Assembly: GCF_964194025.1 (NCBI RefSeq) | Contig: NC_134468.1 | Location: forward strand, 71,052,001-71,116,000 | Origin: Convolutriloba macropyga | Lineage: Eukaryota | DNA: 64,000 nt | Direction of reading: 5' to 3' | In this document: positions 1-11,440 of the stretch, one piece after another | Layout of the letters: every line of letters begins with the position of its first letter | Numbering within the stretch: the stretch's first letter is position 1 | Program-made: the position numbers and the translations under genes | The notes under the pieces: generated by a model | What the model was told of the DNA's origin: nothing | Seen by the model: only the letters and a program-made list of their open reading frames with translations | The model's database searches: none

Positions 1-914
1 CATCAATCCGATAGGTGGTGTGGGGGGGGGGGGGGGGGAGAGGTTTACAGATCACCCGGAAATCAAAGAATCAAAGATGGAAACCAATGTTTTAGTAAAG
101 CTTAGTTACGTTGAAGGCAGTTTTTGCAGTAGGTTAAACTATATAACCAAAAATTTCTGAAAACTCAATAATTTTGCATTTGTTATACAAATTTTGTTCA
201 AAAACATTTCTATTCGACTCTTTGTTTTCTGCTGGTTAAAAATTAACGTGAGAACTTTTTTTTTTGTATCAAAATTTTTCTTGGAAAAACAAAAACTTCG
301 AAGGCAATTTACCTCTCTCAAAATAGCAAAGAGAAAAAATTAAAAATGTCAAACTAAAGCCAAAAAAATTATTTTTTGTTCTAAAATTTCAGGTTTTTTT
401 GCAACAATTTTTTTTTTATTTTACCAAAACTAACAATTTGAGTAATTTGAAAAATTTGGAGACGTAAAAAACCGTTTTGAAGTACTGGACATCAAATCAA
501 TCGATGTCAATATTTCAACAAAAGGAGAAGAACTTTTCTTATACTTTCCGTTTCCATTTGATTCTTTATAATGTCAGAGCAGATAGCTCAAAATAATCTT
601 ATCTAATGTAAGGAAATAAAGATCAAATTGATAGTTAAAGGGTTTAATTAAAGCCAGGTTGGAAAAATTCTGATACACTTGTTCACAACTTTTTTAAAAA
701 AAGAATTATATTTTACTTCTCTGTATTTTTAAATTGTTATGCAAATTGTTTTTTCCAGTCCTTGCACGTTTCTGTAAATGGAAAAACCAAGTTCCTCTAC
801 AGATTGTGATAATTGTCAACCAAAAAATTTGAAAAATGAGAAATTTTCACTTCACCTAAAAGTAATTTAGTTTACCTAGTTCTTTAAAGGGTAAAACATA
901 GGGATAACCAATGT

Positions 915-1319
915 TCCTCAATCGACTCAAACTTAAAAACATTTTTAAATGTTCCGTTTCAATTTATGAATTTCGTATATATTTCTGCAGTTTTAAATTA
1001 TTTGTTGACACGTTAATTGTTCTTTTATCAGTAATACTTTGTGGTCATGTTAGCCTAATTAATGGCAAAACTTTTATGTGTATGTAGTTCAATCTTTCTT
1101 TACTCTAAACAAATTGCATTCGTGTTGCATTTGCTGTTTCTATTTAGCAGTTTGGTTAATTTCGTCTCTATATACTGACTGTTTACATGTTAATTGATTT
1201 AGTCGGGAAAGCCAAAGCATGATCATTATGTTATTATTTATACTAACCAGTAATTATGTTATTTCTTTTTAAAAATTTTTAAACTGCAGTTTTGAAATGT
1301 TTCGTCAAAATCTTGGATA
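915..1319 (+). repeat. Second copy of the retroelement 3' untranslated region directly upstream of the left LTR
   Basis: About 955-1319 aligns by eye with about 7035-7442 (e.g. ttttaaattatttgttgacac, gcctaattaatggcaaaa, gcattcgtgttgcatttgct), with a ~40-bp indel. Weaker similarity extends back to about 915. Confidence 0.85.
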
Positions 1320-1759
1320 TGTGATACGGTTATATCATAGTTCGAAAGTGTACAAAATCTTTAGCTGCCTTTTTGTCATTTAAATTAATTTATAATCCTC
1401 TAAGTCCTTCACTTCGTTAAGTTTTACCTCCGACTAGAAAGTCAAGTATTCAGATGAGTTCACACTTCCCACTTCACCTAATTATTAATATCAATTTTCA
1501 TTCTTTCATCAGTTATTCTGAAACTCAGTTGCTTTTCAGTCTCTCCTGTTTAGACGCAAGAATGGCTTATTGTGGAATTGAGTCAGTAGTCCACATCGTC
1601 AAAGTAGAGTTACATTTGTAACACCATTGTCTATCAAAAGTAAAGACTGTAATTTCAAGCTACATAAATTACAATGGATTCGCACCACTAATCCAATCTC
1701 TCCAAAATAGACAAGCATTCGCTGCTCAATTGCATACCTCTACAGTCAGAGGTATCACA
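1320..1759 (+). repeat. 5' LTR (440 bp)
   Basis: Bounded by the inverted octamer TGTGATAC...GTATCACA, homologous to 7443-7877, and immediately followed by the PBS. Confidence 0.9.
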
Positions 1760-1771
1760 TGGCGCAGTTCG
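1760..1771 (+). other. Primer-binding site, probably tRNA-Ser
   Basis: TGGCGCAGTTCG directly after the LTR's CA end. It resembles the TGGCGCAGTCG PBS complementary to the 3' end of tRNA-Ser. Confidence 0.7.
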
Positions 1772-1969
1772 TTTTGGGAACGGCCAACACCTGACCCTAC
1801 TTTGAGATTGGAACGTTAGAGAATAATTCTGAAGTTGGCAATCCTCCCCAAATAGGGCACCACCAGATAAGGTCATTTCCCCCCTGAACCTATCTATATA
1901 GAAGATGTTGACCATAGCACGGCGCAAAGCGAGAGATATCACAGAGTTCGGAACGAACAACTTAAAAAT

Positions 1970-2800
1970 GCATGGCTCAACAAGTGTCAGAAGATTGAGC
2001 TGGCACGAATATTGTGCGGCGATAGACCTTGGAAGTTCTGTGATAACAAAACTGTCTCACTTAAATAGCTCAGCCATGGCACGGAAGGCCGTCGGGTATT
2101 CGGTTCTCAAGAACCAACAACACAGATTGACCAAATTTTGATGAAGGACCTTTGGGATAATTTGGAAAACGTTTTAACTAAGCAGAGAAACATAACATTC
2201 GACCGTTATACTTTTCTAACACGAAAACAACTCGAAAGAGAGCCAGTCGAAAAATCTTATGGATGTCTTTGAGAACTATCGCTGAACTGTGATCTTGGTA
2301 GCCACGAGGAATCCATAATCCGAGATGTATTCAATGCCAATGTGCAAGATGGTGAAATACAGAGAGGATCACTGAAAGAAACGAGGTCGGCCAAGGAAGC
2401 ATTGGAACTGCCAATAAACATTGAGATGTGCATTCAAAACCAATTGAAAATATCGGGAACAACTGCATATACTGTTTCAAATCAGGCAGCTAACACGTCA
2501 ATTGATAAATTGATAGTTTTCAAAACTCCTGGAATAGACCTAGATCAACACCAAAAAATTTTGTGAAGCAATCAGTCTGTCCTAATTGTGGTTGCGGCTG
2601 ATCGACCAGTCATTGTCAAAAACCCGTGATAAAAACCCCAAAAACTGTGAAATAGCTAGGCATTTTGCAAAGGTCTGCCGAAAGTCGAAGATTCCATTGA
2701 AGACAAAACCACGGGTCAATAATGTCGACGATACCTCTTCTGAAGTTGCTACTGTTGGTACTTCTGCCACGGTAGGAGAAAAAAAACAGATTGAAACTTT
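1970..2800 (+). pseudogene. gag: gag remnant with two degenerate zinc knuckles
   Basis: Fragments RNITFDRYTFLTRKQ, IIRDVFNANVQDGEIQ, CPNCG...H-C and KNCEIARHFAKVCRK, broken by stops and frameshifts. Boundaries are approximate. Confidence 0.8.
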
Positions 2801-2899
2801 GATCCAAAGACATAGTTTTCAAGATGCCAACTATGATTTTGATTATGAGGACTTCAACGACAACTGTGTAGCTATAATTTCTAATAGGGACAACATCAG

Positions 2900-5800
2900 A
2901 GAGGTGAAGCCGGTTAACATGCATGTCCATTTCGGGAACATTGAGACAAAAGCATTAGTGGATTCGGGGTACGTTTTCACCATCATATATAAAAGTCTAG
3001 CAAATGCAGTGGTATTGAATTGTCAAGAAAGCTATTGGGTACAGTCTCCGGATAATCTCGAACTTTAAACCTTCTCTAATGAATTAATCAAGACTAATGC
3101 CGTAATTAATACGTCAGCGAAATGCAATGACTTTGCAGCTGAAAATGTCAACGTTACGGTCATTGAAGAAGGTCATAGACCAATAATTGGGCAAGATTTG
3201 TTTCTAAAGCTCAGACTTTCACTGACACAAACTAAACTAGTAATAAATGTCGATCAAGATCAATGTTTAATCAAAAAATAAATAGTTGTCGACTTTCCTG
3301 GCTTAATCTCTAGAATCGATTAATCATTAAAAAACACAATCAAATGTAGACTTCACAAACATTTTACACCAACTCATCAAAAAGGACGACGAGTCCCTAA
3401 AAATCTTCAACCTTTAGTAAATGATGAACTTTAAAAATTATTATAAGAAAAACACATAATAAAATTGAAGAGTTGTTCAGATAAAAGTGTCATATCTCCA
3501 CTTGTAATAACTGTGAAACGAGATAAAACCGTTAAAACAGCATTAGAAATGAAAATCCTAAATGCATCAATTCATAATAAATACGAAATGGCCAATTTTG
3601 ATAATTTAATTGACATGATAACACAAATTTTGAATACAAATGCCTCACATGAAACAGCTTATTTTTCAACATTGGATTTGAAATACGCATGCAGTCAATT
3701 AAAATTAGACCCCAAAAACTCTTGCCATTGCAACTTTAACATAATTTGTGGATACCTTACTGGATTTAAAGTGTTAATGGACATGCCGGCTGCATTTCAA
3801 AAAGTAATGGATTACACCTTAGTTGGACAAGATAATACTCATTGTTTTTTAAATGACATCATAGTTAATAGTCGTGGTTCAAAAGAATAGAACTTAAAGT
3901 TAGCCAACAAATGAATTAACAAATTAGATGAAAATAATTTGAGAATAAACTTACTCAAATATTACTTCGATAAAATAGAAATAGAGTGGTTGGGTTACAA
4001 ATTTACACAATATGGAATCGCACTACTTGAGACTAAAACATCGGCTATGTTAAATCTAACAGCACCTAAAAAACTAAAACAATTACGTTCATTTTTGGGA
4101 TGTTTGCACTGCCTAGGCAAATTGATACCCAGTATTTCTCAATTATGTCATCCACTTCGACCTCAACTTAAAAAGAACACTACATTCATTTGGAATAACG
4201 AGCCTGAAACTCACTTCATACATATTAAAGAAAAAGTAGCGGACGCTAAAGAAAATACACACTATCATCCACACTTGGAAATCCGAATCAAATGCGATGC
4301 CTCGACGTCTGGATTAGGGGCTTTATTAGCGTTCACCAACAGGTTGGCATGCAGTCGCTTTCGCTTCTCCATTCCTTAATTCAAATGAAGCCCGCAATTG
4401 TGTTAATGAACTAGAATTATTAAGAGTAGTTTGGTCTGTTAAATACTTTATATGTATTTTTTCGGAAAATCATTCACTAGTATTACTGAGCATCGAGCAT
4501 TACTATCAATCATGAAAAACATAGATCTAACAAATCATACAATAGTCGTCTAACTTTGGGTAGATTGCTTATTACCCTTTTATTTTAATATTGAACATAT
4601 ACCAGACGCAAAAATGGGGCTGGTAGTCTACATTTCTTGCCAACCAAATCAATAAGCAAAAAATACAATCAAATATGATGAGGAATTTGCGGTTGCAACA
4701 ATTAACCGCATTCGTGACGCGATTGCAGCAATTTATATAAATTCCACACCACAAAACTGTCAATCAGAGAACTTTAACAGCGTAAACCACAAATATTCCA
4801 CAGGTACCTCAATTGCTCAATAAACAAACCATTCCCAAGCGTGATCTGACTTAAATCACCGAACAAATCAGTTGCCTCTTTCCAATTCTGCAAACGCAGC
4901 ACTTTTCCACTACAAAAGCAATTCAAACATGAATGCATCTAATACCATCCCGCAAACTCCACCAGCAACTACAACTGGTCGAGTCACCTTTCAATCCACT
5001 CCCAATTCGGGATTAAACTCCACCCGCTCCTCGAATGAAGGTCCTGCATCTCCAATTTTGGAACTTTCGAAAGATGAAATTTTCGAAAACAACTTGACGC
5101 AGCACTTTACAAAATGATTCCTTGCGTTGTTGGCAAGCAAGGACGCAGTGCTCAAAGAGGTCAGGGATTGCATCCTCCAGGGAGACGAAAAAAGATGCAA
5201 GGACGTGAATACCTACCTCCACTCATACTGGAGAGATCCACACGTTCGTTCGGGATGCGTTTGCGTTGACGGAAGAGTGGCCATCACGAACTCGATACAA
5301 GACGCAGCATTTTAATCTCTGCACCTAACGCATCTAGGAAGTTGGGGCATGATTCCCCTCGGAAAGTATGCATTTTGGCCTTATATGCATCTAGAAATTC
5401 TGAATAAGGCTGCAAAGTGCAAACCATGCACTGAGATTGGTAAGAATCTTAAACCCGTAATTCCAGCGTCGAAATGGCAGCCTTTAGTAAATTGTTCAAA
5501 AACTAATGAAGAAAAACAAATAGATTTTGGTGCACCGATTACAAGAGCAAAAGACAAAGATGGACATATTCTGGCATGTATTGATCGTTTTTCGAAGTAT
5601 CTCACAGTAGAAATCTTTGATAAAACAAAAGGACCGAATGCAGTTAAATTACTAGATCAATATATTCAAATACACGGAGTTTCTAGAAATATTAGTTTCT
5701 AGATTAATCTCGCTGTTTTATAGGAAATAAAATCAAAATTTTCTGCAAACAAAATAATAATAACATTTATTAATGATCACAGAGCAATTGGATTAGTGGA

Positions 5801-6500
5801 ACGTTTGATGCAAACAATTAAAAGACGACTAAGCGGTATGAAGTTGGTTTATAGAATTGATGCATTCAAAATTAAAGAATCATTAAAGTCAATAGGGTAT
5901 CAAATATGTATATGCAAACAAAAGACTACAAATGTAACACTTTTCCAAGCACACTTGGGAAGAAAACCAAAAACAACACTTAGCAATATAAGTACAACAC
6001 CAAAATTAACCAAACATTACTATGAAATTAATCTTAATCACTATTTAGATGCACACACAGACCCAGTGGAAAATCACCTCGATGATAACAGATTGGTGAC
6101 AGGGGGAACGGAGCGACATACTTAATGAGGAGGAAATAACAAAAACCCAGGGGATGCGGGCCAAAGATACAACGGAAAAAAGAATAAAACAGTCTCCCGT
6201 TTTATTCTTAACCCAAAGCTAATTAACCCGATACCACGATCGGAACAATCAATCGAGCTGAAGCTGGCCAGAATTTTGTAGAAAAGGTCAATGCGGGATT
6301 TACGAGGCCTTTGGGACACATTGGCACCTGGAAGCACAGTGGTACGTACATCCCCGACAACATCAGTGATCAAAGAACCCGATGTTCGTGAGGTAAAGGT
6401 CCGTAATAGCGACATAGCTAAAATCGGCACAAAAACCGAACGAAATACCGACCTGGGGCAGTATGCTCAAAGCGTCTACTCCCCTATGACAAAATAACCG
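2900..6500 (+). pseudogene. pol: pol remnant (protease, RT, RNase H, integrase)
   Basis: Protease ALVDSG (~2955). RT SPLVITVKRD, YFSTLDLK, MPAAFQKVMD, FLNDII (degenerate YxDD). RNase H IKCDASTSGLGA. Integrase H..H..CKPC, QIDF, CIDRFSK, GLVERLMQTIKRRL. Confidence 0.95.
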
Positions 6501-7442
6501 AAGAAGAGATATTCGAAGAAAATAACCTAAGTACAGAGGCAACTTTAAGATCTGAAATCGTCAGGCAGATAATATGTCGGGAGTTTCGTCAGCAAATAGC
6601 AACATCTCGAAAACTACGTCCTCCAGAAAACCACCAAAGCCCCACGCCTCCACAAGTTGAGGCCGAAAATCGTCTGCCACTTCCAAAACGTCGGCCGCAT
6701 CGACAACGTCATGTCCAACAATTTCAAACAAAAAAGGAACAGCAGAGCACCCGACCACTAGGGATTTGAGAGCTTTGTTTGCTCTGTCCGTGACGATTCC
6801 AAACGTCCAAGACATGCTAATCCTGTCATTGAGACAGTTATACAGTATGAAGCATCGCAACCACCACTAGTCGAAACATCGTTCCAACTGCCAACTGTAA
6901 GCCCGTCGGATTCTCGTATCCGACAAATCGGCACTAGTACTCCTGAAGAGTACAATTATGTTGACTATGAACGAGAAGTCAGTATGAGTGTTTTTCATGC
7001 GCAGAATCAAATTAGAAAACAATCTTATACAACCCATTTCAAGTTATGCATTTCCCTTTAGTTTCTGCAATTTTAAATTATTTGTTGACACATTAATTGT
7101 TCATTCATCAATAATAGTTTTTGGTCATGACAGCCTAATTAATGGCAAAAACTTTAATTTTATGTAGTTCAATTGTTCTTTATTCTAAACAAGTTGCATT
7201 CGTGTTGCATTTGCTCTTTCTTTTTAGCAGTTGGGTTATTTTCGTTTTTATTTACTGACCTTTTACACGTTCACTAATTTAATCTGGAAAACCACAATGT
7301 TCCCATGTCTCATGTTGTCATCGAAATTTCTATCGGTATTGTGAACATTAAATTATTATTTATACTAACAAGCAATTATGTTATTTCTATTTAAAAATTT
7401 GTTAACATGCAGTTTTTAAATTTTTCGTCAAAGTCACGGATA

Positions 7443-7877
7443 TGTGATACGATTATATCAATGTTCGAAAATGTACTAAAATATTAGTTGCCTTTACGTT
7501 ATTTAAATTTAATTATAATCCTTCAAGTCATTCACTTATGTAAGTTTTACCTCCGAACAAAAAGTCAAGTAATCAGATGTGTTCACACTTTCCACTTTAT
7601 TATTGATATCGATTTTCATTCTTTCATCAGTTATCCTCAAATTCAGTTGCTTGTCAATCTCTCCTGTTTTGAAGCAAGAATAGTTTATTGTGGAATTGAG
7701 TCAGTATTTCACATTGTCAGAATAGAGTTACAATTGTTACACTATTGTCTAGTAAAAGTATAGACTGTAAATTTAAGCTGCACAAATTACAGTGGATTAG
7801 CACCACGAATCACACCTATCCAAAATAGACAAGCATTAACTGCTCAATTGCCTACCTCTACAGTCAGAGGTATCACA
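7443..7877 (+). repeat. 3' LTR (435 bp)
   Basis: TGTGATAC...GTATCACA ends; diverged copy of 1320-1759. Confidence 0.9.
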
Positions 7878-9830
7878 CCCAAGAAAAATCAGAAATGAAA
7901 GAATAATTCAATAAACAATCAAAACGAAATCGGACAGCGAGGAAAATTGAGTAAAGATGAGATGCCAATTTTTTTTCTGTTGGTACCGGGATTTGTATTT
8001 AGGTACTTAAGTGTGGTTGTAAATAGGTGTCTATTTGACTGAAACTTGCATGGTATGTGAGTGTCTGAAAGATAGAGCAATAGGTTGTCTGAGAGTGTTA
8101 ATTTCTTTTAAACGTCGGACACAAAGTGAGGCAGAATGCAAAAAATGTCAAAAATCCTGACAAAAGCAGAAGAATTGCTTATTAATTGCTGCAAATTATT
8201 ACAAAATAAGTCCTACAATAATTGTGTGTTTCTAAGTCTCTTTGATCAAGCATCTGCAAGATGTTTGAAATGAATTGTCCTATTATGCTCATTAATTATC
8301 CAAAATGAAGAAAAATCTAATAAATTCAAAAAAATATTTTTCAAAGTTCAGTATAAAGTTTACAGTAGCGCCTATCGAAGCCTAGTATTTGTAGAAAAAA
8401 AGAAGACATGAATGAACAGTGGCCCTCATGGAGTATTGACCACTTGTCAAAAACTGAATTTCAAACTTTTTGGTGCCGGGCTTTGTTTTTGTACGTTGGT
8501 TTGTTGTTTGTTTGTGTAGTGTGTTATGTGTGTGCTTGTATGTTTAGTGTCTGTGTCTTTCAGATTGTACCACATTTATCTTTCAAAGATTTTTTGAAGA
8601 TTTTTTTGTCTGGCGAAAAGTCTATTTTGTTTGTTCAAACAGTACACGTACTTATATCCAATGCATACGATTTGCATTGGGTTACTGCCAATATTTTCTC
8701 TGACAGAAATTATAATTTGTTTTTCAACCTGCAGAGGTATGTTGGGACATTCTGTGCTGCGCAAAGACTCGCACGAGCCGTCTTGTTTTCGTTAAGATGA
8801 ATTTAAACAATCAAAACTTTATTAAAATCTTTTACAGCTTTTTAAATCTCTTTTAGTTTTAGATTTTTAAAATTCGTTTGAATCACTCTTTTAGGTCTTT
8901 TAAATTTAGATTCTTTTAGATTTTAAAACTGTTTCAGAAAAACACTAATCATTTTGTTTTTCGTATGGTCTAAGACCGGAAACAAATAGTTCCTCAAAAT
9001 AAATCTAGAAGCTTTAAAACTTATTTTAAAGCCTCATAATTTTAAAGATGAGAGAGTTTTTTAATAAAAGGTGACACGAACCCAAACTTTTTCTCGATTG
9101 CTCAAGAAATAAAATAATTATAGCTTTGGATCAAAAATTCTTTGAAAATGTTGCCACATAAAATACCAGTGCAAACTATCTGAATTGCAATATAAAATAG
9201 ATAAAAAAAATATAAGGGATTGAGAGCCAGTCTCCTGAACTGTTCGCTCATTTTACTGTGAAATTGTTTTGTTTTTCAACAAAACCTGAACCAATTCTCA
9301 TAAAATTGACAAATCAAATTGTTCATCTCTCAATTTTTTTCAGCATTCTTAGGTAAAAAGAGAGATCGAAACGTCTAAATCAATCAAATCATTAAGATTA
9401 ATTTGCTGCCAGTTTTTGGAAATTTTTTGACAACTGTTGAAGCTCACTATATTTTTATTTCTATCAAAATAAGCTAATCCACCGTTATTTTTGACGAAGG
9501 TTCAATTTACTGTGGAAAAGTTTCAGTGATTACATTTTGACCAAAATTTTGTGCAACCCTGGACCAGCCCACCGAGCGAGAACCCATAACACTGTGGAGG
9601 GAGGACCTTACTAAAAGACTGCCTATTCGCTTATCATTAACCAGGTATCGTCTCGTCATGGCTAATTATCGTCGAGGTGCATCTGATCGTGGTTGATTTT
9701 GAGCGAGGACCTCAGCCTGGGTTTTCTTATATAATTACAAACAGCTTGTTTTAATGAACAAAATACAATTTCAGTCTCAATTGGAGTCACACTAAAAAAT
9801 ACTTCCTTCAAAAATAGCAAACATAAACAT

Positions 9831-9836
9831 TTTATT
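9831..9836 (-). terminator. Candidate polyadenylation signal of the HCN gene
   Basis: AATAAA on the minus strand about 100 nt after the stop codon at 9934. Confidence 0.5.
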
Positions 9837-9933
9837 GCATTAATTAATTAATATCTGTACTCTAATGTATTCTGATAGAAAATCAACAACAATTTTGCGG
9901 CGATTTCGAAAATAGGCCTTTAAATGTTTTCAG

Positions 9934-10743
9934 TTAGACTGCAGTTTCAGTGTCGTGAGTGGAAAGTCCGTTGGAAGAGAGGTTAATTGTGACGGGGTTG
10001 TTGTCCAAATAATGCATACGTCTTTTGGGGTGTTTCTTGGGAGGGTAACAGGTACAACTAGCACAATGGAAGTGACAGTTTTCAAATGATTCGTAGTCGA
10101 AATTGTCCAGAGATCCGGCTAGACATTGCTCAAAGGATTCTGGACGCGACCTTTGACCGGTTGACGCCCCACCGCTTTTTCGTCTGAGAAAGTGTTTGGC
10201 ATTTTTAATATATTTATGACTACTACTACTATTGTTATTGCTAGGATTATTACTATTATTAATATTATTGCTAGTATTTGGGGCATGATTTGGTAGAATA
10301 GATAATTCACCTTCATTCATATTACCGTCATAATTTTCAACAGGATCGTTTTCAACATCGACCAATTTTTCTGCGGCTTCGCTGTTAACACTCGCTGCAT
10401 TTAGTTCTTCTTCTTCAATTATGCTATTTTGTCCGGGACTGAAAAATTGTTGTTGTAGTTGTTGTTTATCTTTGTCGCCAGGTGAGGGGTAGTTCTGATG
10501 GGCACTAGAGGGCGATGTTGGGGAGGAGGCGGGTGTCTTTGAAGTGAGAGGGTTAGTAGGGGTGTTCGGATTAGTAGCACCTAGTGAAGTGTTGTTATTT
10601 TCTGCTGCAGTTGAGCAGGACTGTGACGTCATAGAAGTTGGTGTGGTGGCTGCCTGAGATAGAAGAGAGGTGGCTGTGTAGTGGTGTTGGATGCCATGGT
10701 ACTGCAATAGTTGGTCCAGTTTCTCTTTCATTGTTGATATCAT
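9934..10743 (-). CDS. HCN: HCN-like channel, probable terminal exon (low-complexity C-tail ending ETAV)
   Basis: 810-nt ORF preceded by the acceptor tgtttag. Phase 0 matches the donor at 24430, and the junction DMIEMNNR|MISTMKEKLDQLLQ reads as a continuous helix. Linkage across the 13.7-kb intron is inferred. Confidence 0.72.
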   Translation of the reverse strand: MISTMKEKLDQLLQYHGIQHHYTATSLLSQAATTPTSMTSQSCSTAAENNNTSLGATNPNTPTNPLTSKTPASSPTSPSSAHQNYPSPGDKDKQQLQQQFFSPGQNSIIEEEELNAASVNSEAAEKLVDVENDPVENYDGNMNEGELSILPNHAPNTSNNINNSNNPSNNNSSSSHKYIKNAKHFLRRKSGGASTGQRSRPESFEQCLAGSLDNFDYESFENCHFHCASCTCYPPKKHPKRRMHYLDNNPVTINLSSNGLSTHDTETAV

Positions 10744-11145
10744 CTAAACATGAGCAATGATGAATCATCGTCAACTCTTTCCCCTTATCCTCACTCATCA
10801 CTGATAAAGACTTACCCCTCTCATTATGGAATAATTAGGGGAGGGGCTTCAAGTTCAAGAATCGTAAAAAGAGCTTGAAAATCTGGTGTAGAAATATTCA
10901 ACCTCTTTGCCGATCATGAGGAGGTAGTGAAAGATATCAAAATTCCAATGACCTTCTTAACTTTTAACTGAATGAATACTGGCATTTACTAAGAAATATC
11001 ACGCAAAATAATGGGTAATCAGAGCTAATACTTTTGCCCATCTTTATGACCTTTCCCTTTTGTTTACTAGAAAACACTCTAACAACAGTTAGAAGCGGTA
11101 TTGCTTTTCAAATGGACGTTTGTTGATGCTCAATTGAAGCAGATA

Positions 11146-11440
11146 TACTCAAGTAAGTTGGCACCCCCTGCTTTGAGGCAATTTTACACCAACTTAAAAT
11201 CAAATTTCGAATATGATTTTTACCCCATTTTTAAATCAACGTTACAATTGGATTTCTGGTAAGGGAACAATGCGTATTATCTGAACTTCATACGTATGCG
11301 AGAGGAGGACTAGTGTAGGGAGGGGATCAATGGTGTAAAAATTGTAGAAATTTGATTTTAAGTTGCAATAATATTGCCTCAAAAATTGAACTTTTACTTC
11401 GTGAAAATAGGGGGTGCTAACTTACTTTTGCCGTTCAGTA
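11146..11440. mobile_element. MITE with long terminal inverted repeats (Tc1/mariner-like, TA flanks)
   Basis: AAGTAAGTTGGCACCCCCT pairs with AGGGGGTGCTAACTTACTT, and TTGAGGCAAT..CAACTTAAAATCAAATTTC pairs with GAAATTTGATTTTAAGTTG..ATTGCCTCAA. TATA at both ends. Confidence 0.75.

Larger units (their letters stand above)
1320..7877 (+). mobile_element. Decayed Ty3/Gypsy (Metaviridae) LTR retrotransposon, possibly Mag-like
   Basis: Two LTRs, a PBS, and gag plus pol remnants in the order PR-RT-RNaseH-IN, with many stops and frameshifts. Confidence 0.95.

Noticed and set aside
14-43. Poly-G run (possible G-quadruplex); similar G/C runs at ~17872, 33862, 43914, 50677, 59022
   Set aside because: These are simple homopolymers with no supporting context.
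8408-8800. 130-aa hydrophobic ORF
   Set aside because: It runs through a GT-rich microsatellite-like repeat and has no domain signature.
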